From assembly GCF_006345805.1 (NCBI RefSeq), contig NC_043010.1, positions 34,162,001 through 34,226,000 of the forward strand: a stretch of DNA of 64,000 nucleotides, in the 5' to 3' direction. This document shows, piece by piece, positions 13,380-26,439 of this stretch. A program made the translations under genes and the position numbers. Position 1 is the first letter of the stretch. Each line of letters opens with the position of its first letter. The notes under the pieces were generated by a model. The model did not search any database and was not told where the DNA came from. It saw only the letters and a list, made by a program, of their open reading frames with translations. This stretch comes from Octopus sinensis. Taxonomy: Eukaryota.

Positions 13380-13620
13380 AGAGAGACGTGCTAGCAAATT
13401 TCTGTCGGGCAGACGGGGCAGGTGGAGTACTAGTGAAAGAGAGAGAGAGGGAGGGAGAAAGTGTGAGAGAGAAACAGGGGAGGAATGACCAATCACCTCT
13501 CTCCATGTAGTCCTGTTATTTGCAGTTCACTCGCATCTAATCGCCCCTTTCATCTATTCTCTATAGAGAGAATAAAAAAAGAAAGTAGCACCAATCATTT
13601 CCTGAGTAATTCACGTTCTA
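13380..13620. promoter_or_regulatory. Possible alternative promoter or regulatory element
   Basis: Unique sequence with local CpGs, a GA-rich tract and two CCAATCA boxes (about 13489 and 13591). Confidence 0.2.
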
Positions 13621-14205
13621 AAACCCTCTTTATATTTTCTTTCTTCTTTCTGTTGTTAGTTTTCATTTCATTTCTTTCTGTTTTTGAGGAAGGGGGAAAG
13701 CATATATTGAACAAACCATTCTTTTTTTAATGTCTGCATTTAATTGTATATATAACCTCTGTCTGTCTGTCAGTCTGTTTGTATGTATATGTGTGTGTGT
13801 ATGTATATGGATGTGTGGTATCTACATAAACTTTTATATTTATGTGCGTCTGAGCATAAGTGTGTGTGTGTAGTCAAACACACACACACAAATACACTCT
13901 CTCGCTCTCTCTGACAACACTGTGTCATCATTTGCCTCAGTTCTCAAACTGATCAAGGCCTGCAGTGAGGTGTATCACCACAGGTTACAAACCTGGGTTA
14001 CCTTGATATCTGTAACATTCCCATTCCTATCTTCACCATTTCTTTTGGCCAATATTACCAATGGGACAGACCTACATTGGACAATTTACAAATTATATCC
14101 TATATCCTATACATTTATCTACTTTGGTCATGTCAGCCTCCCAACCTCCATTATGTTATGGTAATGAGTGCTCTTTCTTTCGACAGTCAACATTAAAAAT
14201 GTATT

Positions 14206-14280
<75 letters not shown>

Positions 14281-14283
<3 letters not shown>

Positions 14284-14688
14284 GCTGTGTGGTAAGTAGC
14301 TTGCTCACCAACCACATGGTTCCGGGTTCAGTCCTACTGCGTGGCACCATGAGCAAGTGTCTTCTACTAAAGCCTTGGGCCGACCAAAGCCTTGTGAGCG
14401 GATTTGGTAGATGGAAACTGAAAGAAGCCCGTCGTATATATGTGTATATATATATACATATATGTATGTATATATATATATGTATGTGTGTGTATCTGTA
14501 TTTGTCCCTTCAACATCGCTTGACAACCGATGCTGGTGTGTTTACGTCCCCGTAACTTAGCGGTTCGGCAAAAGAGACTGATAGAATAAGTACTAGGCTT
14601 ACAAAGAATAAGTCCTGGGGTTGATTTGCTTGACTACAGGTGGTGCTCCAGCATGGCCACAGTCAAATGACTGAAAAGAGTAAAGAGT
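14281..14688 (+). mobile_element. Full-length SINE family A
   Basis: A-box TGGCTGTGTGG, B-box GGTTCAGTCC, central (TA/TG)n, aaatgactgaaaagagtaaagag tail; lies within (TA)n. Confidence 0.92.
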
Positions 14689-14744
14689 ATATATATATAT
14701 ATATATATATATATGGTGGACTCTCCTGTTGAAGACAATGTACG

Positions 14745-14980
14745 AGCATTCAGCCTTTGCCAAATGACCTGCACAAATGATTTGCTTATAGTGATCAAAT
14801 GTTTGTGCCACACATTAGCTAGTTCTCTCCGTCAAATTGACATTGTCTGAACAGGTGCACAGTGTACCATGCAACTGATGAAGTGTTTTCTCAAGAACAC
14901 AATGCACCATCTAGTCTAGGAATTGAAATCACAATCTTGCGATCATGAGTGCAACACTCTAACCACTAAGCCATGTACCC
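14745..14980 (-). mobile_element. SINE with family D head and a different 3' body
   Basis: gtgttttctcaagaacacaatgc..tcatgagtgcaacactctaaccactaagcc. Confidence 0.65.
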
Positions 14981-15321
14981 TCTCTAATACACACACACAC
15001 AGATATGCATACTAGTAAAACTGATTTTTTGGACACTCATGCTCCAAAACTTCTAATTGGCACTGATTTACAAGCAGGAACTTCTAATTCCTGTTTCACA
15101 GCACCTCGTATCTTCACAGTACAGTATTAATAAACTTGTATCATTTATGCTAACGTACAGGTACCTGTATTTCATTTAGTTATTTAAGTAAATTTAATAT
15201 TTGTTTAAATTAGAAGTGACCACATCAATTTGGTAAAAATCATTAATATAGAAAAGTTTGGGAGCCAAAGGTTCCAGTAATGTTCTACCTGTGTGTGCGT
15301 ATCCTCCTCTGCTGCCACTAC

Positions 15322-15560
15322 CATCATCATCATCATCATTTAACATCCATTTTTCCATGTCGGCATAGGTTGGATGGCCTGACAAGAACAGATGAGCCAG
15401 AGATCTCCAAGTTCTATGTCTGCTTTGGCATGGTTTCTACAGCTGTATGCCCTTCCTAACACTAAATACAAGAGTGTACTGGGTGATTTTTAATTAGAAC
15501 TAGCACCAGTGAGGTCACTAAGTAATTGATGAGATAAGACCCCTCCCTCAACTGTGTTGG
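15322..15560 (-). mobile_element. SINE family B
   Basis: (CAT)n ttaacatcc..tttctacagctgtatgcccttcctaacac. Confidence 0.8.
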
Positions 15561-15792
15561 ATATAGACAGGAGGAATAAGGTACTAAGAGAGACAAAGCG
15601 CTAGCTATATATATATATGCATTTATGCATTCTTGTGAGTCACTGCTGGGATGATATTTGTCTTGATCCAATATACTGTGTTTTTAACACAGCAAGTCTA
15701 TGAAAAGATTTCTTTTCTCGACAAAAACCACAACCTCACACCATTCTGTGTATCTGTTGTGTGTATATAGATATATATATATATATATATAT

Positions 15793-15983
15793 AGGCACAG
15801 GCGTGGGTGTGTGGTAAGAACTTGCTTCCCAACATCACATGGTTCCAGGTTCATTCCCACTGTGTGGCATCTTGGGCAAGTGTCTTCTACTATAGCCTCG
15901 GGCCAACCAAAGCCTTGTAAGTGGATTTGGAAGACGGAAACTGAAAGAAGCCCATTGTACGTATGTATATGTGTGTGTGTGTG

Positions 15984-16018
<35 letters not shown>

Positions 16019-16250
16019 CTCATCATTGTTTAATGTCTGCCTTCCATGCTGTCATACATCTATGTATGTGTGTGTGTGTATGTATATATCTGTCTTTGTG
16101 TCTGTTGTTGTCCTCTACCACAGTTTGACAACCAGTGTTGGTGTGTTTATGTCCCTGTAAATTAGCGGTCCAGCAATAGAGACTGAAAGACTAAGTACTA
16201 GGCTTTAAAAAAAAAAAGCCCTGAGGACAATTTCTGCAACTGAAAAACCC
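15793..16250 (+). mobile_element. SINE family A
   Basis: tRNA head plus body; short family B tail remnant at about 16020-16050 in the central microsatellite. Confidence 0.85.
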
Positions 16251-16949
16251 TTATATATATATATATATATATAATATATATATATATATATAAATATATA
16301 TACACACACACACACACACACATATATATACACATAAAAAAAAATACATCTATATATACATACACAAAATACTAAAATTAAAATTCTGTTTGTATGTGTG
16401 TTCCTCAATTTTAGACTGAATAAGGCATTGCATGCATATTTGACAAGCCTTTGTGTCTGAAAAAGTTTCAAGCAAATCTGAAAATCTGATTCGTAGATGC
16501 TTCAAAACAAGAGTAGTTTTGTTCATTATTATACCAACAAGTTTCTAAATGTTGTCACCATTGCCACAGCAAGGAGAATAAAAAGGATGTGCAGAGTAAT
16601 ACACACACACTCACACAGAGGAAAGATACACATAGACACAAACATACATACAGCTCTAAGAGACAAAAGGATAATACATTCATGAAGTTTAATACACATG
16701 CAACACACACACACACACAAACAGTTGCATTAATACAAGCACGCAGATTCAATGAATGAGTTTATTTACAAAAATAGTATCTATAGTCTTACATAACGTG
16801 CGGAAACTATGATTGTTATTTGTTTTCAATAGTTCTCATACACTCAAACATTTTGCATTTTCTCCTTATGCCTCTGTCTCTCCCTATTTCATTCTCACTT
16901 TCATGTAGATAAATAGATAAATAGATAGACAGAGACATAGATGTGTATA

Positions 16950-17440
16950 CAGTGATCCCTTGCTACTTCGCGGTTCAACTATTGCGGATTCACGATTTCA
17001 TGGATTTAAAATATATATATATATGAATGCCTAAAATTTTTCATTAAATTCATTAAAATATTAATAATAAATATTATTTCCTAGTCTAGGAACAACAAAA
17101 CAAGCGTAAAATAGCAAAAAGCATATACAGGGGTATTTGAACTTAAGACGGGCTGTGAATGGTGCAATGGAGAGAGATGACGAATCACAGCTATTTTGTA
17201 ATCTGGCCTGTGTAACAGTAACAATCATTATTTTTTTAATCTAAAGTGTTATTGCTTAACAGTTGTCCTTGTTATTAATAGACCACTGTAATGGGTGGAT
17301 TGTTGACAATACAGGGAGGGTTTTAAAAGTCCAAATACACGTTAAATAAATACTGTAAATATGGTGTCCCTACTTTGCAGAAATTCAGTTATCGCGGCCG
17401 GTCTCGGAACCAATCTACCATGATAAATGAGGGATCACTG
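16950..17440. mobile_element. Tigger/pogo-type MITE (TA TSD)
   Basis: TA|CAGTGATCCCT ... AGGGATCACTG|TA; 11-bp perfect and ~24-bp imperfect TIR; 491 bp, no ORF. Confidence 0.85.
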
Positions 17441-17673
17441 TAATATATAGTGAACATATTTAAGTATGAAAGACACAAATGTGTTTCAGTTTTATCTTTT
17501 TTATAACAGTTTTTTTCATATTTTCATAGAAGTTTCTTGCAGTGAGTTTGGAACAATAAAATTCCTAAATATATACTTAAGAGCTCCCTTTCTTTATTCC
17601 ATGCTTGCACGGATTACACAGATATGTTCTTCGAGGCATTGTTTTACAACCAGATACCCATCTCTCTCACTGC

Positions 17674-17718
<45 letters not shown>

Positions 17719-18093
17719 GAGTATGGTCTCATGTGTGTTTATTTACATTTGCATTTCTCAAAAAAAAAAAAAAAAAAAATCACTGAAATACAAGTGGTGA
17801 TGTCATTTCTCCTGTCAACAAAATATCTGTTGGCTTTGAGCCTTGAATAAGGGATCTCTTAAGGATAAGTGACAGGAAGTGCATCCAACTGTAAAACAAT
17901 GTTCCAATAAGTATATTTGTCTGACCCATGTTAGCAAAGAAAAGAACGAATGTAAAAAGTGAACATATGGTGAGTGTGTGTGCATGTATGTATATATGTA
18001 AATTAATGTAAATATTTAATGTCTCAGGTTAAGGTTGCAGGTTGAGGCTTGGACTTCAGTCATTTCAGAAGTTGCGAGTCATTTTCTTCCATA

Positions 18094-18497
18094 GGCGTAG
18101 GAGTGACTGTGTGGTAAGTAGCTAGCTTACCAACCACATGGTTCTGGGTTCAGTCCCACTGTGTGGCACCTTGGGCAAGTGTCTTCTACTAAAGCTTCGG
18201 GCCGACCAAAGCCTTGTGAGTGGATTCGGTAGACGGAAACTGAAAGAAGCCTGACATGTATATATATATATATGTATGTATATGTTTGTGTGACTGTGTT
18301 TGTCCCTTCAACATCGCTTGACAACCAATGCTGGTGTGTTTATGTCTCCATCACTTAGTGGTTTGGCAAGAGAGACCGATAGAATAAGTACTAGGCTTAC
18401 AAAGAATAAGCCCTGGTGTCGATTTGCTCGACTAAATGCGGTACTCCAGCATGGCCGCAGTCAAATGACTGAAACAAATAAAAGAAAAAAAAAAAGA
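18094..18497 (+). mobile_element. Full-length SINE family A
   Basis: ggcgtaggagtgactgtgtgg head through the gactgaaacaaataaaag tail. Confidence 0.92.
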
Positions 18498-19907
18498 ATT
18501 TGCAAGACTGACAGATGTCACTCCATCTATCTTTCAGGATGCATGCACACACACACACACACAGAGTTACATTGTCTGTTCCCTTATATATGTGAGACTA
18601 CATTTTTCAACACATCCTTTCCTAATTAAAGAAGGTAGTGTGTGATTTGATGTAAATTCAGCTGTTCTGTCTAGAAAGTTACATGCCAGCATTGGAACCT
18701 TTCCATGTTGTCTCTAAGTAAACTCTGACGCTGTATAGCCTCAAATGAAATATAGTCAAAAAGCTATGATGAAAGACATTCCAGACATGACACTTGCATC
18801 ATTTGTATGTTAAAAACTTTATTGCTCAATTGTCTTTATATATGAATGTGATTTGTGAAGGTTCAGGCCGCTGTTTCCAGCAATTTAAATAACTATGTAT
18901 CAGCTGGTGTTCAACAAAATTGCAGAAAAAATATTTCTGCCTCTCTCCCCCTCTCATTCCATCTTACACATTTTATTTCATATCTTCTCAGCAGGTGGTT
19001 GAACTAACAGGTTAGTCAGTTCATTAATTCAGTGGCCATCTCAAGAGACAGTGTCTTATATTGAATAGATAATTGATATTTTAAAGTTCTTATATCAAAA
19101 TCAACTGTTTACTTATATACAATATACACACATGGAGATTCCATTAGGAACAGAGGGAACCAAAATTAAACTAAGATACTCAATACATCATATAGAGGAT
19201 ATATTAATAAATGAAAAGAGACTCTTTACTAGGACTAGTGCTGATACATTCCTGGGGAATTAATTTATCAGCTCTGAAAGTTTTTAATGTAAATATGTTT
19301 GTGTCCAAATGAGGTTGGACAAAACCAGTTCAATAGCATTTGTAGGTATGATCAATTAAATGGTGTAGGGATTGATAGAAGAGTAAATTTATAATAATAC
19401 CAAGGCAGGAATAAAAGAAGAAAAAAAACGGTCTAGAGTGGGGTGTAAGAGAAGGTGCAAAATATCACAGTAATGTAAAACTAACAAAAGAATGTGTGAA
19501 GAAAATAAACAGATTAATGAATAATATTTTACAGACTACAAAGTAAATTTTGAATGCAATGTAGCCGTGAAAACAGCAGAAAGATTGGGTATTTTTATCC
19601 TTATAAGATGGAAAAAGTTACCAGCAGGCGGCTAATAAACAATATACACACACACACATACACCATGTATGTGTGCATGTGTTTATGTATGTATATATAT
19701 ATATATACACTTATGTGTGTGTGTGTATGCATGTATGTGTATATATATATATGCATGTGTGTGTATACATATGTGCGTGTGTGTGTGCATGTTTGTATAT
19801 ATATAAATGTATGTACTGTAGTATTTATTTGTGTATTGTAGCCCAATTTTTTTTCACTAACAACTCAGTATAAACTAGTGTGACTTATTCACAAGTAAAT
19901 ATGGTGT

Positions 19908-20156
19908 CATCATCATCATCATCATCATCATCATTTAGCGTCCACTTTCCATGCTAGCATGGGTTGGACGGTTCAACTGGGGTCTGTGAAGCCAGAAGGC
20001 TGCATCAGGCCCAGTCTGATCTGGCAGTGTTTCTACGGCTGGATGCCCTTCCTAACGCCAACCACTCCGTGAGTGTAGTGGGTGCTTTTTACGTGCCACC
20101 CACACAGGAGCCAGACGGAGCAGGCAAACGGCCACGGACGGATGGTGCTTTTTACG
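19908..20156 (-). mobile_element. SINE family B
   Basis: (CAT)n tail, ggatgcccttcctaacgccaacc, ggtgctttttacgtgccacc. Confidence 0.88.
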
Positions 20157-20734
20157 TGTGTGTATATATATATATATGTATATGCATACACACACACACA
20201 TATATATATACATATGAAATGGAGCAAAAAAAAAAAGAAGACAAGTGAGGTTCATGATTAAATGATCAAAATATTAGTCTGGTGCCTGGAGAAGTGGAAA
20301 GGGTTAACTATGATGCTTCAGACATTGTCCTTCAACACTTTGTTGGCTGTCTTACATGGTAGCTGTTGATTGACCAGAAGTAGCTGGCTGCCCATGTTTG
20401 GTGTTCAAAGACTAGAGAGCAAACAGGAGGTGAACAGTGTATCTCTACATGTATTCATGAGTGGGAGTGTAGAAAAATGGTTTTATGTGAGTGTATTCAC
20501 GTGTGTGTGTGTTTGTGCATGCATGCGCACATGTGTATATGATATAAAATGTTGTTTTAGTGTTGGTTTGTATGCATGTGTGCATGTAAGCAAGATAATT
20601 ACTGTGTGCGTGTTTGTGTAGTGCATGTGTACGTGGCCAGCCATGTGTGTTGAACGTGTAAGAGAACATGTTTATATTTTGTTCAATGTATGTTTTTGTG
20701 TGTGTTTGTGTTTGTGTGCATGTGTGTGTAAGTG

Positions 20735-21200
20735 GGCAGGGTGTCTGAAAGGCATATGTGTTTTGAGAAAGAAAATAAAATGCAGCTCTTGGTGAAGCTT
20801 GGAATTTGAGGATGTAGTGTGTGAAGCCAAAAGCCAAGCAAAATATGTGTTAAGTGGTCCACAGAATAGAAACAGCAAGAGACAAATGCTTAGTTGCTAA
20901 GCCATATGCTCCACAAACAGGTTAGTCGAACGGCAGCTGGTTTGATTGATATAGAAGACATTGCAGAGGGAGTATTTGAGGCAATTGGTTAACACTGATA
21001 GAGGTAGGTGCAGTTTTCAAATTTGTATATATGGAAGGTGTAGACGTTGGATCCAGTAAGAGAGCTGGTGTTGTTGGTGTAAACATAGGTACTGCAATGG
21101 GCCAAAGACAAGAGACAAATGTGGATAGAATACAAGGAGTGGAAGGATCAGTAAGTAGTATAGGCTGTGTATCTATACAAGGGAGCAAGGCAGGGGTGGG
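20735..21200 (-). mobile_element. Decayed Penelope-like element, GIY-YIG endonuclease C-terminus
   Basis: Minus-strand peptides GSNVYTFHI..CT, CLKYSLCNVFYINQTSCRSTNLFVEH (cf. CxxCxxLYIGETxRxLxxRFxEH) and QELHFIFFLKTHMPF (cf. EQHLIFxLGTLxP). Confidence 0.6.
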
Positions 21201-21739
21201 TGGATCAGGTTAGGGGAGGATAGTACAGCTCTTATGGCAGAAGAATAAAGAAGTTAAGAGGTGATAAATATAGAGAGAAGAAAGGTAGTTAGGGGAAGAC
21301 AGGAGTGTAGCTGAATAGACTGGAGAGATGAAGGCAGCTTGGACTAAGAAGTGGGAGGGATATCCACTCACAATGTAGAAAAAGACCACATATTGGGAGT
21401 GGGTCTAACAGTCATGGTTGTAGTTGCACAAATGACAAGATGGAGGAATTGGGAGCAAGAAATAGCATGCTTAGTGTGGAGGCGTTAGGAGGAGGAAAAG
21501 TCAAGCTAGGAGTGGCAGTCAAAAGAAGGTGATGGAGGGAAAGGAGTGGCTGACATGGTCCATGAAGTCTTCTAAGATTTATATATATTCTTATACACAC
21601 ACACACACACACTAATGTTCATTTCTATGTCAAGTTATATATAAAAACAATTTAACTAGTTAAACTTGTACCATACTGGTGTTCCTTTCAGATGTGAGTT
21701 TTCTATTCTCAGTCGCTTAAAAACCATGGAAACTGGAAT

Positions 21740-22430
21740 GAGTTCTTGCCTAGTGTGCCTGCAGTCTCAAAACAAACTTTATTGCGATCAGTTTTCATTA
21801 CTTCCACTTCCACACGTTTCATTTATTTTCAATGATGGCACTTCCTTAGATAGCTGTCATCCTCCATACATATAACATTTGTACTGTGCAGTCTTCCTTC
21901 TTGCACACTTCATCTGATTCTGCTTATACTGTTTTCCCTCTCAGCTTATTTGTACTTTGACATTCAGGCAAACAGATACTACACATCCAGCAATGCTTGC
22001 TCACTTTTCTTTCTAGCCTTTGCAAGTTCTCTACATTCACAGTTCTGTCTCACACCAGCATCTTACCACGTGCCCTCCATGCTAAAGAAGCAGCCTTCTG
22101 TTGCCAACAGAGGAAGGAATTAGCTCCCTGAATTTTCCTAGCCCATTCTTACTTAAGCTACTAAATTTCTGAGCAACCCTCCCATATGCTAATTAGGTCA
22201 CTAAAGTACCAGACACTATCTACAACAAGAGAGTTATCTAAGCTATTTGAGAGAATCTATTTCCTGAAAGCTCTTAATGCTTACGGCTCTTGTTATCTGC
22301 TGCATATGAGATTGTAGGTGTTCACATTGTAATTCTTATAAGTCTATGATGCACAATGTATGGAATTTCTACTCACTCCTTTTCTGCATACAGAACACAG
22401 TAATTTCCTTGATGGTATCAGGGTTCTGTC
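21740..22430 (-). mobile_element. Decayed RTE-clade LINE ORF fragment
   Basis: Minus-strand peptides CSVCRKGVSRNSIHC, VVDSVWYFSDLIS..GCSE (cf. VVDSFCYLGDxIS.GGGC) and LQRLER..WMC, with stops and frameshifts. Confidence 0.7.
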
Positions 22431-23157
22431 TTCCTTCCTGCTTATTTAAGCTTTTAAGTTCACTTTCAAGTCCTTTTTAGTTTTCTTTTGAGGCTAGAAT
22501 ATTTGTTCTAAATTTTCAAGTCATTAGAAAATAGGAGTTCCCAAGGATGGCTAGTCCTTAAATTGCTCTATTTTAGCTAGAAGGACTTTAATAAATGGGA
22601 GGTGGCTCAGAATTGAGTCCTAGTGAACCTCTAGTGGCATGATGAACATGTTGCCAACTATTACCTTACTGATTGCACTTCAATACATGGCTTGCACAGC
22701 TCACACAAACTATTTATCTACCCCTACCTTCCTTAGTGGCCACTAGATCATTGAGTGAAAGATTCTGTCAAATACTTTCTAGACATTACAATAAACACAA
22801 GTTTATATCATTTGTCCCTACATATGTTTCACCATTGTGGTTGTTTGGTATTCTGCAATGGATGTTCTAAGTGCAATTAGATGCTTAACCACAACAGATC
22901 ACCAGGGAACATTAGTCCTCTAACTAAAGTGATCCAAATAATTGCAATAGGGAAACATGTATAGGAACAAATAATACAAATGAGTACTTATCATAATTTC
23001 TCATACATTTGCTCTGTATATCTTAATTACCAATACTACTAAGCACATTAGTTGCGTAACCACTATACTGGAAGCAAACTGGATAAGGATTTTGTACATG
23101 GAGCTCTAAACTTAACGGTAGCAGTCATATATCTATTTCTACACACAAACTACACAT

Positions 23158-23541
23158 GGGAGTGGCTGTCTGGTAAGTAGCTTGCTTACCAACCACATGG
23201 TTCCGGGTTCAGTCCCACTGCGTGGCATCTTAGGCAAGTGTCTTCTGCTATAGCCTCAGGCCGACCAAAGCCTTCTGAGTGGATTTGGTAGACAGAAACT
23301 GAAAGAAGCCCTTCGTATATATGTGTGTGTGTGTATATGTTTGCGTGCTTGTGTTTGTCCCCCCAACATCGCTTGACAACCAATGCTGGTGTGTTTACGT
23401 CCCCGTAACTTAGCAGTTCAGCAAAAGAGACCAATAGAATAAATACTAGGCTTCAAAGAATAAGTCCTGGAGTCAATTTGCTCAACTAAAGGCGGTGCTC
23501 CAGCATGGCCACAGTCAAATGACTGAAACAAGTAAAAGAGT
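23158..23541 (+). mobile_element. Full-length SINE family A
   Basis: Head, body and gaaacaagtaaaagag tail all present. Confidence 0.92.
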
Positions 23542-23542
23542 A

Positions 23543-23576
23543 TTTCTGTTGAAGAGCGTAGGCTCGAAACGTTAAA
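23543..23576 (+). ncRNA. Minimal type I hammerhead-like motif with variant core (CUGUUGA), in a short element ending at (TA)n near 23677
   Basis: ttt-CTGTTGA-a-GAGC gtag GCTC-GAAA-cgt-T-aaa: 3-bp helix I, 4-bp helix II, palindromic ACGT helix III. Confidence 0.45.
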
Positions 23577-24189
23577 GACTTGTTTTATTTATATTTCCTG
23601 AACGCCATACTAATACAATTGTTCGTTTGTTTTCCACCTGCCTTCGTCTTTTGTCTATTTTCATAAAGCTTCCCGTTATATATATATATATATATTTACA
23701 ACAGAAAAGGCTTACGTGGTCTTTATGTGTATTTCCATCTTCTCTTCCTTTCTTTCTTTTGAATATAAGTTATCAGTTGATTGCATCTCCACTACTACCA
23801 TAATGCTAAATCCCTGTCTTTCTCTTCTGCCTCTTCCTGCTCCTCTCTGATAGCCTTTTCTGCTTCCATTCTTCCTCTATCCCCCCCCACCCTGCTTCTC
23901 GATCTTTCCATTGAGGACTTCTCTATCTCTTTCTTTCTGTCTCCCCCCACCTTCTCTTGCTCACTGCTTTATTACTATCAAATCTTTTTACTTTCTTCCT
24001 ACCCCTCTCTTTCTCTTTTATTATTACCACCTCCTACTTTCATTCACTTGCCTCTCTTTCTTCCAGTATTTGTTGCTTTTGTATTCATTTAATTTTAATT
24101 AATTAAAGCAGGAAGTTAAATTTTGTGGGCGCAAGTCCATGACTAAATGTAGTATTCCCTTTTATTAGCAATTCATATACATTAACTCT

Positions 24190-24402
24190 TTCTAATTTTG
24201 GCACAAGGTCATCAATTTTGAGGAAATGGGGGAAGATCGATTACATCAAGTCCAATGCTTGATTGATACATATTTTATTGACCCCCAAAAGGATGAAAGA
24301 CCAAGCTGACCTCAGTAGAATTTGAACCCAATATAAAAAGCCAGAAGGAATGCTGCTAAGCATTTTCTCCTATGCACTAATGATTCTGCCAGCTTGCTGT
24401 CT
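24190..24402 (-). mobile_element. SINE family C
   Basis: ttttggcacaagg..ttattgacccccaaaaggatgaaag..atttgaac..gctaagcattt. Confidence 0.75.
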
Positions 24403-24699
24403 TAATCCATACCCGTTAATAAAAATACAATTGTAGGTTAAAAGGAAATTGAAAAATTTAAATTTTAAATATAAATGCAATTGCTACGTAAAAGAAAAAA
24501 TGCAGTGGTTTTGCAAATGTAAGTGGTGAATGTCTAATTAAAATGTAAGAAGATATGGAAAAGTAAATAAACCAAGAGGGGAAAAGGGAAACTGAAAGAC
24601 AGAAAGAGTGAGAGAGATAGAAAAAGATAGCAAGTATGTAATGGAGTCTGAGCCACATTGAAATTTTCAACTGCTATTGAGGCCTTTTGGAGAACATGC

Positions 24700-25520
24700 A
24701 TGCCAATGGTAAAGGCAAGTGCAAAGACAACACTTTCCCAAAATATGAGACATAGATCCTATGATTCATTGCAATATCCTCTTTTTTATGGCAGTGGTGA
24801 AGATGGATATTGTCCTGGAATACCATAGGCCACATCACATTTTCCTTCAAAATTTTTTTCATGAATAGATTCCTATGTCTATCACTTCATGACTTGAGAC
24901 AATTCATTCTAATGCTGGCAAGCAAGTGAAACTCTTTCATCAATTTGCAGTGGACATATTTGCTAAATTGCAATCTAAGACATTGAGCTGCATTAGAATT
25001 AATCGAAAACTGTTGAGGATAACCTCTTAAAAGCATATACAAGATGTAATCAATAATAATGTAGCTGGAAGGAAGCTTGGTCAGCATTCTTCCTTCAAGT
25101 TTCCCCTCAAACTACATTTCAATGAAGAATGCATGTATAAACACAGGATACAACAACACAACATGCTTACCATTTCAGCTGCCCATGACTCTTCATTACT
25201 TCCACTAGCAATTCCAAGTATTAAAATATTCTAGAAGATATCCTTCCTGGCCAAACAAACATTGACAAGCATGATCTCTTAACCAGGGTTTTTCCAGTTA
25301 CAGTCAAGAAAGATGAAGTAATTCATTACCAAGTGCTGAATGTTTGAACTGATCAAGTATTGTAGTTTGTCCCCCAGTGAACATGAATATTTCTTTCTAT
25401 TATTTAAAGTGGAAGGTTCATGTTCATTTTAAAATCTTTGAACAGTCAATAATAAATTTTGTACCACTTGCAGACACATTCTTTAAAAACGAACTACTGG
25501 AGAATGTTGGGATCTAACGC
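24700..25520 (+). mobile_element. Decayed Helitron Rep/helicase fragment
   Basis: Peptides HRSYDSLQYPLF..GEDGY, KLFHQFAVDIFAK, ILPSSF, LFITSTSNSKY (cf. LFITFTCNPKW) and LPGQTNIDKHDLLTRVF; many frameshifts. Confidence 0.8.
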
Positions 25521-26439
25521 TGTAAGAAACTGCTGTACTTAAAACAGCTAAGAGTCTCAGAGACTGTTAAACTGCTGTCAAACTTCCAATCTGCTTCAGC
25601 TTTGACTTGAGTATTCTGATGACAGAGCCAAAGATTTCAAGCATCACGTGGAATGCATTTACTCCGGCATTTGATAGTTTAAGTATAATTTAATACTTTA
25701 TCACATTAAATGAAGTTTACTTTCTCAAGCTAAAACATATAAGGAGAAGCATAATGGCCCACTTCATCTTTATGCCACGAATGGGCATAATATATTCATT
25801 TTGTTAAAACTCCATTACTCTATAGTTATAGTGAAATGTTTCTGAACTGCATTCACAGACAACTTTATAACTTTAAAAGGAGACCATCACCCTACACCAC
25901 TAACAACCATTAATATATTTTTATATATGATTTTTAAATGTGTGTGTATGTACACACACATGATCTCAAATAATCAAGATGACAATGATTCATAACATAT
26001 CTACAACATTTAAAAATAGAAAAGAGATCTTTATTTAAATATTGACTTTACAGTGTTAAAGTGTTTTTTGAATTCAGTTCACTCATAGCTATAGACACCT
26101 GTTGTGGGGGTGGGGGCAAAAAATAATAACAGGGTTTACAACTCCTGGAAATTTGTAGCCTCTACCCAAAACCAGGTAATGTTTCTCATCAGTGTAACTC
26201 TTGTAAAGGCATAACCTGGTCTGCAAAGGATGTCTATGCATTGCATGGCTCCTGAGCTTTCCTGCTTTCTATAAACTTTAGTTACTCTTTCCAATCTCTT
26301 GCCAAAAGAATCTCCAGCTTTGTGGGAGGTCTCTTTTCCTCCATTCTCAACAACAATGGCTCTATGAGCAACAGCCTTATAGAGAAAGCTACCAGCATGG
26401 CTTCTGGACTTTTGCTTTACAGAAGTTTGGTGAAAGTAT

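Noticed and set aside
14281-14350. tRNA-like A/B boxes here and in other SINE heads
   Set aside because: SINE heads continuing into SINE bodies; no proper cloverleaf, so not tRNA genes
21031-21213. GTAMG motif suggesting Penelope RT on the plus strand
   Set aside because: Coincidental; the consistent GIY-YIG-region homology is on the minus strand
26170-26200. CTGATGAGAAAC on the minus strand
   Set aside because: No helix II and no helix I/III pairing; chance match
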